Shown here in pieces: positions 18,632 to 28,158 of a DNA stretch of 50,367 bases; position 1 is the stretch's first letter, and every line of letters begins with the position of its first letter. The notes beneath the pieces are model-generated. The model saw only the letters and a list, made by a program, of their open reading frames with translations. It was not told the origin of the DNA and did not search any database. The stretch covers positions 1 to 50,367 of IMG/VR virus record IMGVR_UViG_3300032328_001047; one strand, written 5' to 3'. The position numbers and the translations under genes were made by a program. The stretch is from a virus. Its lineage: Duplodnaviria > Caudoviricetes.

Positions 18632-18900
18632 AATACCTCATCATCATCTTTTTCAGGGTTAAATTCTTCAAATACAGTATTTTCATCCATCTCTTTCCAT
18701 CCACCTTCACCTTCTTGATAAGTGAACGCTAATGTTACAATACAACTTCTTAAAGTGTCCATTTCTCTTTGAATATAGTCAGGGTCAACAATAATTTGTG
18801 GGTCCCAACTACCATTGGTAATTTTTCTATTTAATTTTTCTGTAAGGGAGTTGTAATTAAATAACAACTGTCTCCTTAATCCATCCATCGAAACTTCCAT
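18628..18900 (-). CDS. Hypothetical protein
   Basis: 90-aa ORF in operon. Confidence 0.6.
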   Translation of the reverse strand: MEVSMDGLRRQLLFNYNSLTEKLNRKITNGSWDPQIIVDPDYIQREMDTLRSCIVTLAFTYQEGEGGWKEMDENTVFEEFNPEKDDDEVF

Positions 18901-18903
18901 ATC

Positions 18904-19554
18904 TTAGTCAATTCTTTTTTCGTGGTGGTCTTTAGGAAGAGTCAATTTTTTGTGGGGTCTATCCTTCATGATTGAACGGATTTCTTTGATGTTGATAGGA
19001 TATAAGTTATTGCCATCAACACCAACATCCATCGCTTTACCTTCGTTAATTCTAAGGTGTGGAGGTAAGTGAACGTGACCGTGTAAGTGAATGACACCAT
19101 CGTTCATTCCGTCCCAACTAGCAATTGGGTAGTGCATACAAACCAAAGATACTTTATCTATTTCTTTTCCATTTGGAATCCTTAAATCCAATTGGATATA
19201 ATCTTGGGTTGATGTAAACAACCTTTGAATATTGTCTTTGTTTCTACGAATGTGGTGGTCGTGGTTTCCATAAACCAAGTGAACATTTTTACATAAAATT
19301 CTTTTACGGAATTCATCAATCTGTTCAAATCCACCAAAAGACCAGTCACCCAAGTGAATCAAAACATCGTTTTCACCAACCATTTCGTTGATGTTGTTAA
19401 CTAATGTGTCATTCATATGGTCAAGTGATTTAAAATCTCGGGTTAAATTATCAGAGCCGGTCCAACGAGTTGTGGCACGGCAGATATTTGAGTGTGAATA
19501 ATGTGTATCACTCGTAAAAAATAATTGCTGACCTTTTTCTAAAATCAATTTCAT
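18904..19554 (-). CDS. Calcineurin-like metallophosphoesterase
   Basis: SDTH, HLGD, GNHD, HYP, HGHVH, DVGVD. Confidence 0.9.
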   Translation of the reverse strand: MKLILEKGQQLFFTSDTHYSHSNICRATTRWTGSDNLTRDFKSLDHMNDTLVNNINEMVGENDVLIHLGDWSFGGFEQIDEFRKRILCKNVHLVYGNHDHHIRRNKDNIQRLFTSTQDYIQLDLRIPNGKEIDKVSLVCMHYPIASWDGMNDGVIHLHGHVHLPPHLRINEGKAMDVGVDGNNLYPINIKEIRSIMKDRPHKKLTLPKDHHEKRID

Positions 19555-19577
19555 ACCACAAAGATATTATAAAAAAA

Positions 19578-19874
19578 TTAATTAACCAAGTACTTGTAAC
19601 CTTCTTCTGTTTTTTCAGTTGTAATTTCAGTATCAAGAAATACTGCGTTTTGTTCATCTGCGTACAATCCCAAAATATTGTAATCGTAAAATTCTTCGGC
19701 CTCACCCATTGTCATCAAATCTCTTTCACATAATATTGAAAGTATTTTTGATTTGGAATATAAAATCCTTCTGCTATTTCCAAATTCCTCAACAATTCCA
19801 ATAATTGCTCCTTCAAGACCATCCAATAAAATGGCACCTTCGGCGTATTCATCTAAATCAATTACAAAACTCAT
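19578..19874 (-). CDS. Phage hypothetical protein
   Basis: DGLEGAIIG...EAEEFYDYNILG pattern; operonic. Confidence 0.7.
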   Translation of the reverse strand: MSFVIDLDEYAEGAILLDGLEGAIIGIVEEFGNSRRILYSKSKILSILCERDLMTMGEAEEFYDYNILGLYADEQNAVFLDTEITTEKTEEGYKYLVN

Positions 19875-20266
19875 GGGAAGAAATAATATGAAACTCTTTG
19901 TTCAATATCAAAAATAACGAGACTCAAACCATCGTCCGACTTTTTAATAACAATTTCCATATTTCTTTTAAGAAATGTGTTATATACTTTCAAATACGCG
20001 GCGTCATTAACTTTTGAATATGATAAAATATCATAATTAATATCACCATTAGAAATCATACCTGTGTTTTCATCAGTAACATTAAAAATCCAAAGAGTTT
20101 TATAAGTTGCCAAATCGTGATTTGGAACAAAATCCCATTTTTGACTTTTATAATCGTATATCATCTTACACGTGTATGATGAATTAGTTACAACTTTTGT
20201 GGTCGTATATTGACCAAATAATGATGTTGAAAATATTAATAGTAATGATAGGATTATATTTTTCAT
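19871..20266 (-). CDS. Secreted hypothetical protein
   Basis: Signal peptide MKNIILSLLLIFSTSLFG. Confidence 0.7.
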   Translation of the reverse strand: MKNIILSLLLIFSTSLFGQYTTTKVVTNSSYTCKMIYDYKSQKWDFVPNHDLATYKTLWIFNVTDENTGMISNGDINYDILSYSKVNDAAYLKVYNTFLKRNMEIVIKKSDDGLSLVIFDIEQRVSYYFFP

Positions 20267-21099
20267 TTTGTTCTAACAACTTTTTGACGTTTACCGTTAC
20301 TGTAAATTACGACGTATGGTTGATTTGGTTCCATATAATCAACTTTCCTACCAATCATGTCATAGATACTGACTACTTTCAAATCTTCAGTTTTTACAAC
20401 ATCCTTAACTCCATTACTATTACAATCAACAGTAACCTTATTCATTAAAAATGTGTCTTGATAATTACACCAGTTGAATACTTGAGATACAATTAAATAA
20501 CGTCCATTTTCTGGATATGTGTAGTTAAATAATCTACTTTGATGAAATGTATCTAAATCATTTGATGGAAAGTCATAAAAAATAGCTATCCTGTTAAGAT
20601 TGATTGTATCCCATTCTGTGTTATTTAAACTATCAAAAAACTTACCGCTGTAGATATAATGATAATAACTATAACAAGTATCTCCTTTAATAAAAGTTGC
20701 AGGTGTTATTTCGTAATTAAAGTTTTTACATGATTTTGCTGTTTTATTAAAAGTAACTTTATCAAAGTATTGAATAACTACTTCTCTATAAAGTGTTGTG
20801 TCACATTTTTCACATTTGTTCCAAACTTTCAAATACACTTTATATTTACCTTTTCTATTAAATTGTAAATTAAGATTTCCTTTAACATCTTCAATTGTAT
20901 CTACTTTTTTATTTTGAAAATCGTAAACCATAAACATCCAACCTACACAAGTATCATCACCTAATCCTTTTCCTGATAGTTTAAAACTGTAGTAATTTCT
21001 ATTGTTTGTTTGAGTTAATTTTAAATAACTCCAATCACATTTTGCATAACTGGTCGTTACTGATATCATCAGCATTAGACCTAATATAAATTTTTTCAT
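20263..21099 (-). CDS. Secreted Cys-containing protein with PKD-like segments and T9SS-like C-terminal domain
   Basis: Signal peptide; GKYKVYLKVWN, YTYPENGRY; C-terminal IYDMIGRKV...YSNGKRQKVV. Confidence 0.65.
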   Translation of the reverse strand: MKKFILGLMLMISVTTSYAKCDWSYLKLTQTNNRNYYSFKLSGKGLGDDTCVGWMFMVYDFQNKKVDTIEDVKGNLNLQFNRKGKYKVYLKVWNKCEKCDTTLYREVVIQYFDKVTFNKTAKSCKNFNYEITPATFIKGDTCYSYYHYIYSGKFFDSLNNTEWDTINLNRIAIFYDFPSNDLDTFHQSRLFNYTYPENGRYLIVSQVFNWCNYQDTFLMNKVTVDCNSNGVKDVVKTEDLKVVSIYDMIGRKVDYMEPNQPYVVIYSNGKRQKVVRTK

Positions 21100-21263
21100 T
21101 AAATTTTTTATTTAAAAAGGGTGAAGTGGGATTAGGGGCTCAATACAAATTACCAAGATGCTTTTAGACTCAAACCACCACTTCTTTTACCCTGTAGTGA
21201 AATTGTAGTAAAGATTAAAATTATAATCAAGTAGATTTACAACAATTATCATATTTATTGGGT

Positions 21264-22172
21264 ATGAGATATATGTTAAACATTTCCGATGAAGAAAAAC
21301 AAGCCTTGTTAAATCAACACAGTAGACCATATGATGGTTATCAAACATTAAGATTTCCTGAGCCGGATAATAGAATTTATACTTATGACTCAGCTGGTGA
21401 CAAAGGTGGTGTTACAATTAATAATAAAGGTGAAGTTAAACCGTATACTAATGTTGGAATCAACGAATCAGTTGCTGAACCTCATTATGGGGCATTTGAT
21501 TATGTTGAAAACGAAATGATTGAAGGTGAAGTTGACGAATATTTTTATTTTGATGTTTCAGATGAAGGTATTGAAAATGAAGAAGAAAAAAGACAAAAAA
21601 GAAAAGATGATTTAAATTCAGCATTATCTATTTTTGGTAAAAAAGAAGATGATGATGAATACAAAGAATTAAGTATGTATAACCCATACTATGATAATGA
21701 GGAAGGGTCTAATTTTGATTTTGACGATGATGATGAAAATAAATTAGATGAAAGTGAACGAATGTGTGAGTGTGGTGGAATGTATAACGAAAATGTTTGT
21801 GAAGTGTGTGGTGGTAGTTATATGGGGGTAAATGAAGATATTACTGAACCTTATTCTGAAATTGATTTTTCTAATTATGACTTTGACTCAAAAGGACCTG
21901 AACAATTCAAAGATGAAAACATGGATAACAATGAAGAACTATTTCCTTCTTATGATTCTGATGGAAATTTTTTGGGTATGGGAAAATCATCTGGTGATAT
22001 GGAATTAGATGGTGAAGAAATGTACCCCAATGAAAAACCAGCATACGAGTTTGATTCACCAGGTCCTTATGGTTCCACAAATACTTTTGAAGGTGTTGAA
22101 AACCCCGAAAAGGTAAAACAATCAATTAAGGAATCTTTGAACTGGTTCAAAAGATTTTCAAAATTCAACTAA
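21264..22172 (+). CDS. Acidic protein with Zn-ribbon motif, probable virion-internal protein
   Basis: CECGG...CEVCGG; D/E rich; TATTTAT 5 nt before ATG 21264. Confidence 0.65.
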   Translation: MRYMLNISDEEKQALLNQHSRPYDGYQTLRFPEPDNRIYTYDSAGDKGGVTINNKGEVKPYTNVGINESVAEPHYGAFDYVENEMIEGEVDEYFYFDVSDEGIENEEEKRQKRKDDLNSALSIFGKKEDDDEYKELSMYNPYYDNEEGSNFDFDDDDENKLDESERMCECGGMYNENVCEVCGGSYMGVNEDITEPYSEIDFSNYDFDSKGPEQFKDENMDNNEELFPSYDSDGNFLGMGKSSGDMELDGEEMYPNEKPAYEFDSPGPYGSTNTFEGVENPEKVKQSIKESLNWFKRFSKFN

Positions 22173-22373
22173 TCCTGTTACCTCAAGAAGTTTTTTGGAC
22201 ATTAACTTCATCAAATGTTGATGAGTTGTATTATCTTTATTTTTAACATAATAAAGATTTACGTAATTCATTGCGTTTTTTAATTGTGAATATGTTGTAC
22301 ATGATTCAATTACAACACACGCTTTACGAAATTCAATTAAGTTTGGTTCGGGTTTAGTTTTTTTAATAAACAT
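22158..22373 (-). CDS. Hypothetical protein
   Basis: TATCTTTG element at 22425-22432 upstream. Confidence 0.55.
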   Translation of the reverse strand: MFIKKTKPEPNLIEFRKACVVIESCTTYSQLKNAMNYVNLYYVKNKDNTTHQHLMKLMSKKLLEVTGLVEF

Positions 22374-22455
22374 ATTTTTTAGGTTTAATGTGTCTTTTGT
22401 GAATTATTAAGATATTTTAATAAGCAAAGATAAACATTTTTTATAACAAAACAAA

Positions 22456-22749
22456 ATGGAAATAGTTGAAATTATTTCCTACCACCAATCCGAAAACATT
22501 ACTGAAGTTACCTTTAGGTTAATGAATGACGAGGAAGATATGGTTAGGACAGATGTAATTGAAAATAACTTCTTTGAGGAGTTTGGGTTTGATTACTTAG
22601 CACCAGTTGCTGACTGGTTGTTTGAAGAAGATTCGTTAGAATTTGATAGTGAATTCCCTGAGTATTTGGATGAAGATGAACTAATGTCATTTTTAAACGA
22701 GTTTTATGTTGTTTACCCTGATAAAATTCCACCTGCCCAATACGAATAA
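22456..22749 (+). CDS. Acidic hypothetical protein
   Basis: 97-aa ORF. Confidence 0.65.
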   Translation: MEIVEIISYHQSENITEVTFRLMNDEEDMVRTDVIENNFFEEFGFDYLAPVADWLFEEDSLEFDSEFPEYLDEDELMSFLNEFYVVYPDKIPPAQYE

Positions 22750-22776
22750 TATATAATATTGTTGTATTTATTGGTA

Positions 22777-23040
22777 ATGCTCAACGAGGAATTGAAAAGA
22801 ATTAAAAAACTTATGATGGTGGAAGACGAAGATACTTCAGAACCGTCATCACCCTCAACTCAAGGTGGTGCATCTAGTTCATCCGCAACAAAATGGGAAT
22901 CAGGTGTATCAAGAGGTAAGGCAAATCCTGTTGGGAATACTAAATGGGAATCAGGATTAACAAGAGGTAAAGGTAATCAAATTGGAGTTACTAAATGGGA
23001 ATCAGGTACTAAAAGAGGAAAAGGTAATACATTAACATAA
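22777..23040 (+). CDS. Small protein with three TKWESGxxRGKxN repeats
   Basis: 17-aa repeat x3; start ATG 22777 after TATTTAT. Confidence 0.75.
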   Translation: MLNEELKRIKKLMMVEDEDTSEPSSPSTQGGASSSSATKWESGVSRGKANPVGNTKWESGLTRGKGNQIGVTKWESGTKRGKGNTLT

Positions 23041-24494
23041 TGGAAAAAAAATTATTAATTGAAGATATATTATTAAAAATGAATTACGATTTGTCAAAAA
23101 CATTGACGGAGAATAAGGAGTTTATTAATGAACAAAAAACCTATTTTTATGATTCAAGAGGTTATTTAAAAGTTTTAAATGGTCCTTATGGTATTCCACA
23201 GGGAGGAACCGAGGCATCAAAAATATACCCAAACTTAAAACCGGGTGAGTATCCTAACTTTAATTTGTCAACTGCCGGAGCAACTGTAAAACCAATACCG
23301 TCCAACAAACCTGAAATACCACAATCAGATGTTTTAGGTCCACAAGGATGGTATCCAAGAAGTTTAGGTGTTGATAAACAAACTTTAGAAATTGCTAACA
23401 AATTAAAACCACTAAGAACAATTCCATCAGACATATCAACACTATATAAATGGTTTTTAGAGTTTAGAAGTATATGGCAATCAACATCCATGCAGGTTAT
23501 GCAAACAGCAATTAGCGTTGCGTTTGGTTCAGTTACAGAAGGTGTTGGATTTCTTGCCATTCAAATAATTGATTGGGGGGTTGACGTTTTAATATTATTA
23601 ATCGACTTTTTATACGCAATTAATGACCCGAATAGTGATGAAAAATGGAATAGAGTTAAAGAAAGTGCTTATACCGTTGCTTTATTTGGTGCGATAGGAG
23701 TGTCATTTAAAGGCGCTAAAAATGCGTCACAATGGATTAGAAAAAATGTTAAACAAATAGAAGGATTAATTCAAACTGTTAAAAAATGGTTAATTAACTT
23801 TTTAAAGAAATTTGGTAATATCGGTAAACCAATAACTGAACCAATTAAAAAAGTTGTTGAGTATATTAATAAAAAACTATCACAATTACTTGGTACCGCG
23901 ATTGCCGGATATGTTAGTGTGTTCTTTTTAAATGCTTTACCAGTTGCAGGAGCAATGGTGGCTTTAATTAAGATAAATGAAGAAAAAATTTCAAATACTG
24001 TAAGTCCTTTATTGAACAAGACAATTGGTTTAGGTATAGATGAATTAAGACTCATTGCTGGCGGTCCAAATGTATGGCAGAAAAATGGTGCATCACCGTC
24101 ATCTGAACAATTTAGGTTGGCAGGTAAAATAGTTCCTAAAAAAGACACAACTAAAATTGTGAATTTAGGTAAATTATCAAATGAAGAAATTAAAACTTTA
24201 GAAGAACCAACTAAAGAACTTTTAGTAAATAAAGGGGATGAATTAATGTCAAATTTGAAAGAAGAGTCAATGAGAATTGCAAATGAGGACCTAAATCTGT
24301 ATATGAAAGATGTTATAGAATTAATAGACCCACCTTGTAACCAATATTTAGAAAAAATATATAAAGAAGGTAATGCTGAATATGTTTTGGGTGGTGAAAG
24401 AGGTACTATTTTAAAAATAAATGGTGTTCCAGCAGCTCTTGTTTATGGCGACCCTGACACAATACAAATCAATGATGAAAACATTTGTGTTTAA
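23040..24494 (+). CDS. Hypothetical protein with hydrophobic helices, probably virion-associated
   Basis: 484-aa ORF, TAATG coupling to upstream gene. Confidence 0.7.
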   Translation: MEKKLLIEDILLKMNYDLSKTLTENKEFINEQKTYFYDSRGYLKVLNGPYGIPQGGTEASKIYPNLKPGEYPNFNLSTAGATVKPIPSNKPEIPQSDVLGPQGWYPRSLGVDKQTLEIANKLKPLRTIPSDISTLYKWFLEFRSIWQSTSMQVMQTAISVAFGSVTEGVGFLAIQIIDWGVDVLILLIDFLYAINDPNSDEKWNRVKESAYTVALFGAIGVSFKGAKNASQWIRKNVKQIEGLIQTVKKWLINFLKKFGNIGKPITEPIKKVVEYINKKLSQLLGTAIAGYVSVFFLNALPVAGAMVALIKINEEKISNTVSPLLNKTIGLGIDELRLIAGGPNVWQKNGASPSSEQFRLAGKIVPKKDTTKIVNLGKLSNEEIKTLEEPTKELLVNKGDELMSNLKEESMRIANEDLNLYMKDVIELIDPPCNQYLEKIYKEGNAEYVLGGERGTILKINGVPAALVYGDPDTIQINDENICV

Positions 24495-24546
24495 TTGGTA
24501 AATCATAGTAGATACACTAAATAGAAAATTTATATATTTATAAAAT

Positions 24547-27369
24547 ATGAAAAATAATATTATCAATGAAGTTACACTTATAAAAAAATTGATGCTAATC
24601 AATGAGTCTATAATTAAATTTAAATTTGGTTTACCAAAAATTACCAAAGAATTAGATGTTCTTGGTGATAGTGATATTAAAAGTTGGAATCTTGAAGTAA
24701 AAAAACAAAACCCCTACAGACAAGGTTCTATAATTACTGAAAAAATAGACACTAAAGCTAAATTATTAGATGAATTGAATGAGTTAAATAATGTTGCTGA
24801 TTTACAATTTTTAAAACAAGAACAGAAAGAATTTCTTAAAGATTTAAACGAAAGATTAGAAACTGTAAACCCTAAATATGTTGAAGAATTAGCGGATAGT
24901 TTTAAAATTGATTTTAAAAACGCTGATGATGTTACAAGAGGAAAATTTCTAAAAACATACAAACAATTATTGGAGAATAATTTGTATATTAGATTTGAAA
25001 AACGTTTACAAGGAATAACAATTAAAGGTGTATTACCATTTTTAAACTATATTATCAAGGGTTCAGCAAAGGGAGTGGTACCATTGATGAAATCATGGAG
25101 ATTTTGGTTAGTTGTAGTTGCAGGTACATCAGGTATTTTAGGTTCGTTACATTCTTTAGCTAAAAGAGGTGGTAGTGTTTTGAGAGAAAAAATTGATGAA
25201 GCATTGAAAACAAAAGGTGCTAAATTATTTAAACTACTTTTAAATAATCAAGATATTTTAACATTAGGTTTATCATCTGATGAAATATCAAAATCTTATG
25301 GTATTACAGATGAAAATAAAGCGGAAATGGATAAATACGCTCAAGATTTTTTTAACACAAAAAGTTGGTTTGATACAACAACAGATGAAGTTGAAAAGTT
25401 ATTCAAAACTATAACAACAAATTTTGACGGAATTAATTTTATTTATTTTTTATCAAAATTTCAAGAACTCTCAGGTCAAAGTCTTTTAAAGTTTTTACGT
25501 GAACAAAATATTCAAAATATTGATGATATTATTTTTAGTGAAAATAGTATAAATCCTGACTTTGAATTTTTAACTGTTATGACAAGCGATGTTTCAACAT
25601 TAGAATCCATAAACACTGTTATGAATACTGTAACAAAATCTTACGGAGGTGAAGATGGATACTCACAAATGCAAATTAAACAGGATTCAAGAAATCAAAA
25701 TTCTGATTGGATACCATTCAATAATCCTGATAAAAATATAATATTAAATGCTGTAAATCGTGATGGCGAAACAATTACTTTTGATTATACAAAAAGAACT
25801 AAAATTCTTAATGATTTAAAAAAATATGTTGATGGAATTTGGTCAACAGCTGGTTCAGTAAAAACAAAAGAAGCCATTACAAATTTATTTAATGAAATTG
25901 TTGAGGATAAAAAAGTACCAACTGAAAATGATTTATTAGAATTATCGGTAGACCCAAAAACAGTATATACTGAAGTTTCAACAAAATTGATGGAAGAGCA
26001 CCCGGAATTTAGTAAAATAATGTTTACTTGGCCTTGGGTTCAAAAAATGAACGAAAATGTTATTGGTTTAGCAAGAATATTAAAAGAACAACCTGTTTTA
26101 AACAAAACCAAAAAAAAAGATAATACAAACTTAAATAAAGTTAAAACATCAGGTGGTGGTGTTAAAACTTTTCCTGGTCCGGGTAAAGTACAACAATTTC
26201 AAGATTGGTTAGATACCAATTACCCAACATGGTTAAATGGTGGAAAATTAAATAAAGGTAAAGGATATGGTAATTATGGACCAAGTACACAAAAAGCTTT
26301 TACCCAATACGGTAGAGCATATCAAAATTCATTATCAAATAGTGGTGGAAACGCACAACAACAACCCGTAACCGTAGATAATGAAAAACAAATTTTTGAT
26401 AAATTTAACGATTCAGTAAATTTTTTATCAGTTAATAATGAAAAATTTAATTTAGAATACAATCAACAAATTGGTAATAGAATTAAACAATTTTTAAGTA
26501 AAAACTATAATGAAGAATCATCATATGTTGGAGCAATTTTATCGTTATATGGTAAAAATATTTCTAAATATAAAACAGATGAAGATATACAAAGTAAAAT
26601 TGATACTCAATTATCATCTTTACAAAACTACTTAACATTATATGAGGGAATTCAATTAAAAAGAAGTAGTGGTTTATCAAAAATTTTAGAACAGGCGTCA
26701 AAAATAGTTGTTGTTAATGTTGTTAATGGCATTCCAAAAAAACAAACTGAGTCCGACCAATATAAAGATGCGACAAACAAGACAATTAGGTCCATCATTG
26801 GTGGAGGTACTGAATTAATGAAAGGTGAAAAAAGTGATACGATTGTTAGACTTAAATCTGCAATAGGTTATACAAAAGATGAAACACCTTATTTTACCGA
26901 AGATTTCAACACGTTTATTATTAATTATAAAGGTGAAAAAGGGTTAGATAACACTAACGGTAATATTAGTCAAGAATTAATATGTAGTATTGACCAATAT
27001 AGTAAGTTATGTGTAACATCTTCAGGACAAAAAACAACCGAACCACCAATAAATACAACATCGTCAACACCAATTGAATTAAAGTATTTAACTGATTACG
27101 CAAAATATGTTGGTGATGGTATCCCATCATATGGTAATTGTAAATCATTGTTTGATTATTACTCTGAACAAGCTTTAAATTACAGAAGATTGAAAAAGGT
27201 AAACAAAGCACCACAAATAACTGCTGACCAATTAAAACCGATTAAAGATAAAATATTGTATTGTCAGAAATCTTCAAATTTAAAAGATAGAGCTAAGTTA
27301 GATACATTAATATCACAAAGATTTAGAATCCAACAAGATAAAGATAGTCCATATTATGTGGATATTTAA
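24547..27369 (+). CDS. Large protein with peptidoglycan-binding-like segment(s)
   Basis: VQQFQDWLD...GNYGPSTQKA resembles PG_binding_1. Confidence 0.6.
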   Translation: MKNNIINEVTLIKKLMLINESIIKFKFGLPKITKELDVLGDSDIKSWNLEVKKQNPYRQGSIITEKIDTKAKLLDELNELNNVADLQFLKQEQKEFLKDLNERLETVNPKYVEELADSFKIDFKNADDVTRGKFLKTYKQLLENNLYIRFEKRLQGITIKGVLPFLNYIIKGSAKGVVPLMKSWRFWLVVVAGTSGILGSLHSLAKRGGSVLREKIDEALKTKGAKLFKLLLNNQDILTLGLSSDEISKSYGITDENKAEMDKYAQDFFNTKSWFDTTTDEVEKLFKTITTNFDGINFIYFLSKFQELSGQSLLKFLREQNIQNIDDIIFSENSINPDFEFLTVMTSDVSTLESINTVMNTVTKSYGGEDGYSQMQIKQDSRNQNSDWIPFNNPDKNIILNAVNRDGETITFDYTKRTKILNDLKKYVDGIWSTAGSVKTKEAITNLFNEIVEDKKVPTENDLLELSVDPKTVYTEVSTKLMEEHPEFSKIMFTWPWVQKMNENVIGLARILKEQPVLNKTKKKDNTNLNKVKTSGGGVKTFPGPGKVQQFQDWLDTNYPTWLNGGKLNKGKGYGNYGPSTQKAFTQYGRAYQNSLSNSGGNAQQQPVTVDNEKQIFDKFNDSVNFLSVNNEKFNLEYNQQIGNRIKQFLSKNYNEESSYVGAILSLYGKNISKYKTDEDIQSKIDTQLSSLQNYLTLYEGIQLKRSSGLSKILEQASKIVVVNVVNGIPKKQTESDQYKDATNKTIRSIIGGGTELMKGEKSDTIVRLKSAIGYTKDETPYFTEDFNTFIINYKGEKGLDNTNGNISQELICSIDQYSKLCVTSSGQKTTEPPINTTSSTPIELKYLTDYAKYVGDGIPSYGNCKSLFDYYSEQALNYRRLKKVNKAPQITADQLKPIKDKILYCQKSSNLKDRAKLDTLISQRFRIQQDKDSPYYVDI

Positions 27370-27391
27370 TTAAAACCATATATTTATAGTT

Positions 27392-28030
27392 ATGAATCTT
27401 AGAAATAAATTGCATGGTGCTTTATTAGAGGAAAAACAGAATAAAAATTCTTTGGTGATTGAAAGTAAAATACTTGACGGTCATTTTGGGACTTTAAAAA
27501 ATTGTTCTGATATGGATTCTCTAATTGAAACTACCATATATAAAGTTAATACGTTCCAAAGCAAAAACTTTTCAAAAAAACTAATTAACGAATCTTTGTT
27601 CAATATGTTACAAGGTTTGTTCGGTGATTTTGATAGTGAGTTTTTTGCGACAGTTAAATCAAGATTATCCGATTGGATTTCAGATAAAATGGGATTTGAT
27701 GGTTGGGTAAGAAATGCAGTAAAAGTTGAAATTGAAAATGTGAGTGATGAGGATGTTCCAAAACTTTTTTCTGATTGTAGATTTCTAACAGACAAAGTGT
27801 CTAAAGGAATGATACAAGGTTTTGGTGATAATATCTTATCGACAGGAATTGACACCGAATTAGGGTCAAAAACAGGTCAGGTATTTAAATCTTCAGTTCA
27901 AACAATCATGGGTGATGATAACTTCCACAGAGATTTGCAAGACAAAATGATGGGGGAAATTTGTTCAGAACTCAAAAAGGTGTCCGATAAAATGGACGCT
28001 AAAGCCGAAGAGATTCGGAATTCCATTTAG
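27392..28030 (+). CDS. Hypothetical protein
   Basis: 212-aa ORF after TATTTAT. Confidence 0.7.
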   Translation: MNLRNKLHGALLEEKQNKNSLVIESKILDGHFGTLKNCSDMDSLIETTIYKVNTFQSKNFSKKLINESLFNMLQGLFGDFDSEFFATVKSRLSDWISDKMGFDGWVRNAVKVEIENVSDEDVPKLFSDCRFLTDKVSKGMIQGFGDNILSTGIDTELGSKTGQVFKSSVQTIMGDDNFHRDLQDKMMGEICSELKKVSDKMDAKAEEIRNSI

Positions 28031-28070
28031 GATAAACATTTAACTGAAAGGAGGGGTCCTCAATCTAAGG

Positions 28071-28094
28071 AAAGGTGTCGTGAGACACCTTTTT
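28071..28094 (+). terminator. Intrinsic terminator, possibly bidirectional
   Basis: AAAGGTGTC-GTGA-GACACCTTT then T tract. Confidence 0.8.
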
Positions 28095-28101
28095 CTTTTA
28101 G

Positions 28102-28130
28102 TGCTCGGGGTGGGACTCGAACCCACACGA
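28102..28130 (-). pseudogene. 3' fragment of a tRNA (Leu-like): T arm, acceptor 3' strand, discriminator
   Basis: TCGT-GTGGG-TTCGAGT-CCCAC-CCCGAGC-A; no 5' half seen nearby. Confidence 0.75.
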
Positions 28131-28158
28131 ACAATTTTTCTTATACAAAGATAAGAAA

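Noticed and set aside
28047-28054. AAAGGAGG SD-like site
   Set aside because: No start codon at suitable distance; followed by a terminator
28102-28130. Complete tRNA, or tRNA split by the HNH gene
   Set aside because: No matching 5' half seen on either side of the HNH gene
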